From NCBI GenBank assembly GCA_032718475.1, contig JAUCBJ010007886.1:1-64000 (forward strand): a DNA stretch of 64,000 nucleotides, read 5' to 3'. The DNA is from Nemertoderma westbladi. Lineage: Eukaryota > Animalia > Xenacoelomorpha. A model generated the notes under the pieces. That model worked only from the letters and a program-made list of their open reading frames with translations. It did not search any database and had not been told where the DNA came from. The first letter of the stretch is position 1. The number at the start of each line of letters is the position of its first letter. The position numbers were made by a program, and so were the translations under genes. This document shows, one piece after another, positions 58,161-64,000 of the stretch.

Positions 58161-58669
58161 TTTGCGTTTTACGCTACTGTTATAGGGACATCACGCTACT
58201 ATATGTATTATTTAATATAAAGTAGAAGAGCAATATCGCACGAAGCAATGTCAGTGTGAAGAGGCAAGTCGTTTCCAAGGTCTACCCAGAGCTTGGTTTA
58301 GCCGAGACACGAGGATCTGAACTTTGCATTCCTAATACTCTGCCTACCAATAATACTTAAATATAGTAGGAGCTTTATTGTACTTTAATAAGTACTGACA
58401 TGTCATCTTACATGTAGTCTCGTATTTATAATATAATACGGACAGTAAGGAAAAAGAAAGAATTATTTCTCGCCGTCATATTAAATATATTATGTGTAAT
58501 TACGTAATAAACACTAATATATTGCACTAACCTACTAAATAATCTAAAATAACATTCTACAAAATAAAATTAAATAAAACGATTATAATAAAGTACATAA
58601 TAACGTTCTCATATAAAAATATAATAAAAATAGATAGAATAATATAGTCATGCACCCACTCCAGACGTA

Positions 58670-59989
58670 TCACGTTGGGGAGTCCCTAGATGTTTGAGGA
58701 ATTAGGGAGGTGGTCGTGGGAAGAGTGTCTTGCCTTCCATAGTTTCCGGAGAGTTCTCTGTCTCTTTCCAGTAAACATAAACGACCAACTGGGCGGTTGA
58801 GTTGTTGCGTCTCAAAGATTATGCCTGGCTTCTTGAAGTTACGCCGCATGACGACGAGTTCTACCGAGCGTACTAAACCATCATCCGAGATGTGAGTCTC
58901 GATGATACGACCTGTCTGCCACCGTTTACGTGGAAGGTCTGAATCTACAATAAGCACCATATCTCCGGCGCTGACGTTTTCTTGCTGCGCAAACCACTTA
59001 GTTCGAAGTTGTAGCGTGGGCAGATAATGTTTCTCGAAATGGTCAGCGAAACGACGGGATAGCAACTGCATAAGTTGCCAAGTTCGACGGCAGTATTCGT
59101 CTCCGTCGGCAATCTCCGATCGTGGGAGCATGGCTACAGGTTTCTTCAGTAGGAAGTGCGCGGGTGTTAACGCTTCCAGGGAATCGGGACTCAATGAGAC
59201 TGGCATAAGCGGTCTCTCGTTGAGATAGGCAGCTATTTCCTCCATTAACGTCCGCAAAAGTTCGTCGGTGAGATACGCGCGGCATGGCACTATAAAGTGA
59301 AATGCGGTCTTGACACTTCTAATTAATCTCTCCCAACTTCCTCCCCACCAAGGGGCGTCGGCGGCGTTGAAGGTCCAGCTAGACGCTGTTATCCTTAGCT
59401 GATCGTCCACCTGTCTTTGGTTCCAGTCCTTCACGTAAGCCTGGATTTCGTTGTTGGCACCAATGAAGTTCGTTCCCTTATCCGATCTCATGGTATTACT
59501 AGTCCCGAAGCGAGCGATCTGTCGGCGTAAACTTAATACAAAGCTGTTGGTAGATAGATCGTTCACCATATCGAGATGGATGGCTCTACAAGTCATGCAT
59601 ACGAAGATGACACACCATCTCTTGACTATAGTCCTAGCACGATATACTTCAATAGGGCCAAATAAATCTACACCAGTATTAGTAAAAGGTGGTTCATAGA
59701 AGCTTACTCGTTCCCTAGGTAATTCTGCCTCTCGCTGTGTTAAAGGCCTACTGAATGCTTTCCTACAGGGTATGCAGTTCCTAAGAACTTGGTTCAGAGC
59801 TCTACGGGGTTTATCAAAATAATAGCGAGTTCGAATTTCGCTAAGAACTCGTTCTCTACCAGCATGATAAAGTTTACTGTGAACATCTACAATCATCTTG
59901 ATTTGTACTTCAAGATTTCTAATGAGTATGGGGAATTTAGTGTCAAAGGATAATGGCGCATTGGTGAGCCTTCCTCCAACACGTATTAC
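58670..59989 (-). CDS. Integrase part of BEL 2 pol, separated from the upstream frame by a 1-nt frameshift
   Basis: VIRVGGRL...PIL, HHCC, GVDLFGP, SDKGTNF, WERLI, LTPAHFL and DGLVRSV motifs. Confidence 0.92.
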   Translation of the reverse strand, partial: VIRVGGRLTNAPLSFDTKFPILIRNLEVQIKMIVDVHSKLYHAGRERVLSEIRTRYYFDKPRRALNQVLRNCIPCRKAFSRPLTQREAELPRERVSFYEPPFTNTGVDLFGPIEVYRARTIVKRWCVIFVCMTCRAIHLDMVNDLSTNSFVLSLRRQIARFGTSNTMRSDKGTNFIGANNEIQAYVKDWNQRQVDDQLRITASSWTFNAADAPWWGGSWERLIRSVKTAFHFIVPCRAYLTDELLRTLMEEIAAYLNERPLMPVSLSPDSLEALTPAHFLLKKPVAMLPRSEIADGDEYCRRTWQLMQLLSRRFADHFEKHYLPTLQLRTKWFAQQENVSAGDMVLIVDSDLPRKRWQTGRIIETHISDDGLVRSVELVVMRRNFKKPGIIFETQQLNRPVGRLCLLERDRELSGNYGRQDTLPTTTSLIPQTSRDSPT

Positions 59990-62900
59990 CCATCTATCAT
60001 TGTGCTAGAGAAGCGATCCCTTAAGCGCATCTGCGGATTTCTCAACAACAGGAAATACTTATCGGAATCCTCATAGCATTGCAGGAGTCTCAGTATCTGC
60101 TTATTGGTTTCTTCATGCTCCTGGTAACTGATTTTCTCCTTTAGAAACCGGTCGGATGTCTTATATTTGGGTAAATTTTTAATAACATGAACTTGCGCAG
60201 ATGTCAATGGAGCGGTATCACTAATGGTCTTCGTCCTGGAGTAGTGATGATGAAAACATCTCCTTAAATATGTGACGGCTTTACAGAGCCGATTCCAGGA
60301 ACTGTAGTGATGCATTGCTCTCTGCAGCAGGGGTGAGATTCCTTGCGAGACGTCTGGTGTTCCAGATTTCCAATCTCTATCTCTAATTTCCACAACAGAC
60401 TTATTTGTGGCGAGGGATTGTGGATCCGAAGCATCGTTTCCGGAAGTATGTAATACAGATAGATCGATCGTCGGTTTAAATAACTTCGATTTACTCGCCC
60501 GGGTTTTAGGTTTGACTTTTTCCGCTCCCTTGGCTTGTCTAATCTCCGCTGTAGTAAGGTGAGGAGGCCATTCATTCTCTTCCTTACTCAGGAAGTCGGG
60601 TCCACCCAACCAGTCTGGAGTATCTATCAGTTCCTGTGGAGTCGCTCCCCTGGAGGCGATATCGGCTGGATTAATCGTACCAGGGCAATGTCTCCATTGA
60701 TCTATCTTTGTGCGACTAAGAATAATAGCTACCATGTTAGTAACAAAAACGCTGAACTGACAGACTTCATTGGTTATATACTCCAACACGAGTAAAGCGT
60801 CGGTCCAATAAACAGTTTTCTCCAGTGGATAGTCGATTTGTTCTGTTACGTTCCGGCCGATGGCTGTAGCGTATAAAGCCGCCTTTAACTCCGCTCGAGG
60901 AACCTTTAACTTGTTGTTAATCAATGCCTTAGAGGTAACTAAGGCAACTTTGATTCCATCCGGAGTTTCGACTCGCAGATATGCTACTATACCTATTCCC
61001 ATGTCGCTGGCGTCTCCAAACACGTGGAGTTGGTAGGAATACGTAGGAAGAACATGACCAAAATAGGCACGGGAAATTACAAAGCTCTCGATGGCAGGTA
61101 GAGAATCTTCCCATTTCATCCACTTCTTTAACAGTTCTCCCTTAAGTGGATCGTCCCATGAGTAGTTTTCAAGCCACATTTGTTGTACTAAACTCCGAGC
61201 AATCAATATAACTGGGCTAATAAATCCCAATGGGTCGAAATAAGTGCTCAGGATACTTAAACAAATCCGCTTGGTCCGAACTGGATTATCTCGCTGTTTT
61301 AGCTGAAAAAACAGGATATCTCTTTCTGTGTCCCACTTCAAGCCAAGCGTCTTGGTTTCTGGAAGATCGTCCTTTATTAAGTCTAGGTCTTTTGTTCCTC
61401 GGTCTTCTACCGGTATCGCTTCCAGAAACTCACGGGAGTTGCTAGTGAATTTCGTCAGTCGAAATCCACCTCTTTTCAAACACTCTACCGTTCCTTTCGC
61501 GACATCAATGGCTTCTTCTACTGATGGAAGGGACTTTAAATTGTCGTCCATGTATATATCGCGCTTGATGTTGTCTATCACCTCTTTGGAGAAGGCGTCT
61601 CGGTTGTCATTCGCAGTGGTCCGCACCACGGAGCAGGCGTTGGAAGGGCTTGATATGATCCCAAAGGCCTGGATGGTCATCCAGTACTCTACCGGTTTCT
61701 GGTTGAGATCTCCTTCAGGCCACCACAGAAATCTTAGGCTGTCTCTATCTCTATCCAGCGCCTTGACTTGTAAGAACATTCCTTCTATATCGGAGGCGAA
61801 CGCGATGGAATATTGTCTTAATCTTAAAAGTATTCCCAACATAGATTGGAGTAAGTTGGGTCCTGGTAACAACTCGGAATTGAGGGATTGGCCCATATAT
61901 AGAGCGGAGCCATCGAATACGACTCGTACTTCATGGGGTTTACCGGGTTTGGGAACGTAATGATGTGTTAAGTAATACGTTCTCTCAGTCACTGGTGTTC
62001 CTTCCGGTACTCGCTCCACGTATCCCTTTGTAATAAATTTCTTCAACTGAGTTTGGTACATTTCTTTAGCTAAAGCATTAGCCGTAAGGCGTCGATGTAA
62101 TTGAGTGATTCTTTTCTCTGCCAAGGGTCTGTTATTTATAAATCTAGGTTCTCGTTTTCGAAATGGTAGGCCGATTTCATATCTACCTTGATCTTTTAAA
62201 AAACGTGTAGTTGTTTCCTGGATTTGCTTGGCTCTTTCTTCTTCTATCGATAGGGCCTTATCGTATGAATTGGGCTCTACCAATTCTTGAGTAAAGAATC
62301 GTACGGCGAGTTCGTCCCGAGTTCTAGCGTTGTAGCGCTCTATCTCATCATTTAGTTCGTCATTGTAATCAATGGGTCCCGATGGGCGAATCAGTTGACA
62401 TAGGTTCACCTGGGTTTTCCAAGTTTTGTTTTCTGTAAGTAGGTCGATTGTGTTCTCTTCATCGAAGAGTTGGTAGATGTCGTCATTATCTGAGGAGTAT
62501 GGTGTTCCCTCAGTTAGTTCGTCCACCTCACTGCTCTCCACTTCCCAATCGTTTACTTGGTATATTCGTTCTTGTGGCATTCTCTCTTCGAGAGTTCTGC
62601 GGGAAGGGCCAGTAAAGTACCAACCTACTCTAGTTCTTACCGCATAGGTTTGTAGTGGCTGCGGTTGAGCAGGCCGTTTCTCCAATGTCTCGAGCGCCTC
62701 ATGCGCGTTTTGGCTGATGAGTATTTGCACTCCAGGATAATCTGTCTGGAATCGAGGTATCTTAAGCTGTTGGATGCTCTCGTCCTCGTCCCAGTTATAA
62801 GGTTCTACTTGGGTAGTAGCGAAGTTCTTTATAGCCACCATTTTTACTGACCTTATACTTTGTGCTCCTAATTTATCCTGGGGGGTGGACAACGCACCTA

Positions 62901-64000
62901 CATAGTAATCTGCCGTTATGGTAGATTTCCAAACCTGCATAATTCCTGACATATTCAATTTAGTCCGGAATTTGGGTTGTCCAGCAAAGATATCTTCGGC
63001 TAGTTCTTGATCGATGAATGTTCCTGTGCTGCCGGAGTCAAGGAGGGCGTTCACTATGTAACTTTTGTTAGGACCGTGAACTCTTACCTGCACTACTGGA
63101 AATTCTCTGATTCCTACGTTGGAAGTTGGAGCTTTCCAAGATGGTTGTCTGGCAAAAGTAGTTCGGGAGAACTCATTGTCGGTGTCCTTTTCGTAAGCAA
63201 GTGCTCGATACACTGCGGTATTTATTAGGTAACAGGATTCGTTGGCGTCGGAGAATTCGTCAGTATAGAATCCTTCCATCTCAGACTCTTGATCAGTGTC
63301 ATTTACATCACTGAATTGGACACGTAGTTCGGGCTCACTTACCTGACTCGGGTTGTTTCGTTCGAATTCACTGTGTAACAAGATGTGATGTTTCGCACCG
63401 CACTTTGCACACTTTACGTCGGAGTAACAGGTTCGCCGTTGGTGTCCTGGTCTGAGGCAATTATAGCATAACCGCTTATCCCACATGACTTCACGTCTGT
63501 CTACCAGGGATTTCTTTAGTAATTCAGCACACGCACTCAAACGGTGGGGCCCGTCGCACAGCGCACAGTTTGGTTTGATGTTACTCACTTTACCTTGGGT
63601 AACGTGATGCACTCTCGTTCTTTCTTCAGGCTTTCTTCCGTGCATTCTGTTAGGAGACTGAGGAGGAGTCTTGGCAACCTGTTCTCTCCTATCGTTGGTT
63701 CGAGCCTTGTATTTACTTACGTCTTTTGAGGTTTTGTTAACGTAGTAAAATCTATCAGTGTCTTTCCCGCGGTCCTCTTCTTGAGAAGCTTGGCTTTCGC
63801 CGTCGTCAGTGTAACATACTGGTGTTACTCTTCTCCTAGAAACGGGTTTCTCACTTACCTTATTTTCCGATGTTTTCTCTCTGGACTGCTTGATGAGTTG
63901 TAGTTTTACTTCACCATCTAAGAAGGACATGAGATCAGCCATGGTAGGGCTTCGTCGTTGCTGCTCATTCATATACAACACTTTCTTGTCCCAGCGTGTA
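59986..64000 (-). CDS. BEL 2 gag-pol polyprotein (gag knuckles, protease, RT, RNase H); open past the window end
   Basis: CALC..H..C / CYNC..GH..C / CAKC...HH.LLH triple knuckle, ALLDSGS, RVVFDGS, YMDD, HVFGDAS, YWTD and NPAD motifs. Confidence 0.95.
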   Translation of the reverse strand, partial: TRWDKKVLYMNEQQRRSPTMADLMSFLDGEVKLQLIKQSREKTSENKVSEKPVSRRRVTPVCYTDDGESQASQEEDRGKDTDRFYYVNKTSKDVSKYKARTNDRREQVAKTPPQSPNRMHGRKPEERTRVHHVTQGKVSNIKPNCALCDGPHRLSACAELLKKSLVDRREVMWDKRLCYNCLRPGHQRRTCYSDVKCAKCGAKHHILLHSEFERNNPSQVSEPELRVQFSDVNDTDQESEMEGFYTDEFSDANESCYLINTAVYRALAYEKDTDNEFSRTTFARQPSWKAPTSNVGIREFPVVQVRVHGPNKSYIVNALLDSGSTGTFIDQELAEDIFAGQPKFRTKLNMSGIMQVWKSTITADYYVGALSTPQDKLGAQSIRSVKMVAIKNFATTQVEPYNWDEDESIQQLKIPRFQTDYPGVQILISQNAHEALETLEKRPAQPQPLQTYAVRTRVGWYFTGPSRRTLEERMPQERIYQVNDWEVESSEVDELTEGTPYSSDNDDIYQLFDEENTIDLLTENKTWKTQVNLCQLIRPSGPIDYNDELNDEIERYNARTRDELAVRFFTQELVEPNSYDKALSIEEERAKQIQETTTRFLKDQGRYEIGLPFRKREPRFINNRPLAEKRITQLHRRLTANALAKEMYQTQLKKFITKGYVERVPEGTPVTERTYYLTHHYVPKPGKPHEVRVVFDGSALYMGQSLNSELLPGPNLLQSMLGILLRLRQYSIAFASDIEGMFLQVKALDRDRDSLRFLWWPEGDLNQKPVEYWMTIQAFGIISSPSNACSVVRTTANDNRDAFSKEVIDNIKRDIYMDDNLKSLPSVEEAIDVAKGTVECLKRGGFRLTKFTSNSREFLEAIPVEDRGTKDLDLIKDDLPETKTLGLKWDTERDILFFQLKQRDNPVRTKRICLSILSTYFDPLGFISPVILIARSLVQQMWLENYSWDDPLKGELLKKWMKWEDSLPAIESFVISRAYFGHVLPTYSYQLHVFGDASDMGIGIVAYLRVETPDGIKVALVTSKALINNKLKVPRAELKAALYATAIGRNVTEQIDYPLEKTVYWTDALLVLEYITNEVCQFSVFVTNMVAIILSRTKIDQWRHCPGTINPADIASRGATPQELIDTPDWLGGPDFLSKEENEWPPHLTTAEIRQAKGAEKVKPKTRASKSKLFKPTIDLSVLHTSGNDASDPQSLATNKSVVEIRDRDWKSGTPDVSQGISPLLQRAMHHYSSWNRLCKAVTYLRRCFHHHYSRTKTISDTAPLTSAQVHVIKNLPKYKTSDRFLKEKISYQEHEETNKQILRLLQCYEDSDKYFLLLRNPQMRLRDRFSSTMIDG

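Larger units (their letters stand above)
54194..64000 (-). mobile_element. BEL/Pao LTR retrotransposon 2 nested in pol of element 1 (continues beyond the window)
   Basis: The pol frame of element 1 stops abruptly at TGAAGACC (LTR end ...TTCA on minus). Has its own gag-pol and accessory ORF. Confidence 0.92.

Noticed and set aside
47375-63729. Numerous plus-strand ORFs of 60-240 aa opposite the BEL genes
   Set aside because: Antisense shadows of long coding frames; no independent motifs.

Overview
AT-rich, repeat-dominated eukaryotic DNA, probably from an invertebrate animal (not identifiable further from the sequence). The only clear host gene is an intronless DHRS1-like short-chain dehydrogenase (16398-17471, -). 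The centre holds a 19.5-kb Polinton/Maverick (adintovirus-like) element (22420-41875; 323-bp TIRs ending AGTAGT...ACTACT). Its core genes are packaging ATPase, integrase, two tandem minor capsid genes (one split by a TA-targeting DNA transposon), major capsid, cysteine protease and protein-primed PolB. It also carries a TATA-binding-protein homolog, a PC4-like protein and a RING-finger protein. The right third is two nested minus-strand BEL/Pao LTR retrotransposons. Each has an extra sense-strand gene between pol and the 3' LTR, and these two genes share a zinc-knuckle domain; one may also have an OTU-like protease domain. The left third contains piggyBac-like, P/hAT-like and other MITEs, RTE LINE fragments, three tandem arrays and a short Pol III-promoter + hammerhead-ribozyme SINE-like unit. 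All homology calls come from motif recognition by eye, not database searches.
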